From Camelus ferus (Eukaryota), in NCBI RefSeq assembly GCF_009834535.1, contig NC_045696.1:86244001-86308000 (forward strand): a stretch of DNA of 64,000 nt, in the 5' to 3' direction. The first letter of the stretch is position 1, and the number at the start of each line of letters is the position of its first letter. Both the position numbers and the translations under genes were made by a program. Shown here piece by piece: positions 63,371 through 64,000 of the stretch. The notes below the pieces were generated by a model, which saw only the letters and a list, made by a program, of their open reading frames with translations, ran no database searches and was not told where the DNA came from.

Positions 63371-64000
63371 CTGTAAACTAACTTGGTAAAGATGGCTATC
63401 TGTTTATGAAAGTTAAGTTAAACATATTAAAAATTTAAACTCAAATGGTTACTTGAATACAGATGGGCTTCACTGGGCAACAATATAAACACTTACATAA
63501 CCACTAGTAAGAAAATGGGATGTAGGAATTATTTTGTTAATTTGTTTTTTCAGAAAGGAGGCAAATTAGTTCAAAAATCGAATTGTTAACTTCTAATTTG
63601 GCAATAGATTCTGTGATGGGTATATTGCCGTATAAGTGAGTTGCAGGTGTAAGTGATTTCTCTAACAAATATAACAGTGTAGTTCCACATTTTTTCCTAA
63701 ATTAAGCTCATATTTTTTCCTTCTTCTGGATCTCAGTTACCACTCCTGAATTTAATCTGTATTCGCCTTGTTTTCATTAGTATATCATGTTCTAGGTTGG
63801 AATTCTGAATACACGAACCCTAGGCTATAGATGCCCTGCTGAATGAAACTCAGGTCAGTGGTTGCTACCAAGGCCTATAGCTCAAGATTTTGACAAGATT
63901 TCCAGTGGGGCTTTAATAGTGGTTGGAATAAGTAGCGTTCCCTACTTCATTCTGCTATGCAGTATCTCCACCATCCTTCCATCTTCTTGTGCTTAATTGT

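Noticed and set aside
1..64000. CRISPR arrays, operons, rRNA/tRNA genes, known miRNA or snoRNA genes, named host gene
   Set aside because: Mammalian nuclear DNA with no repeat-spacer array. I recognised no RNA gene and could not match the candidate exons to a known gene from memory.

Overview
AT-rich, CpG-depleted placental-mammal DNA, non-coding for the most part and dense in interspersed repeats (L1, L2, MIR, MaLR/ERVL/ERV1 LTRs, hAT MERs, microsatellites). The young L1 3' ends look artiodactyl-type and I saw no ruminant, pig or whale SINEs, so a camelid is my tentative inference. I recognise no host protein-coding gene. The long ORFs in the track are L1 fragments, microsatellite read-through or chance. 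Three unique-sequence segments with good + strand splice signals (about 1150-1584, 34001-34080, 61091-61521), plus a mostly minus-strand L1/LTR orientation, suggest the 5' end and first introns of a + strand transcript (multi-exon 5'UTR or lncRNA). Splicing these three gives an open 66-codon ORF. The best-supported oddity is a young, TSD-flanked 3.06-kb L1 (34274-37335, minus). It keeps a full 5'UTR and a nearly intact ORF1 but lacks almost all of ORF2, and the deletion ends exactly at a CAG conserved in other L1 copies here, so it may be a spliced or HAL1-like non-autonomous L1. Other observations: a twin-primed 5'-inverted L1, a degraded ERVL reverse-transcriptase fragment, a 14-bp perfect inverted repeat containing an extended miR-15/16-type site, and an octamer cluster. 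Repeat family names are from recalled consensus sequences, not database searches, and boundaries of old repeats are approximate.
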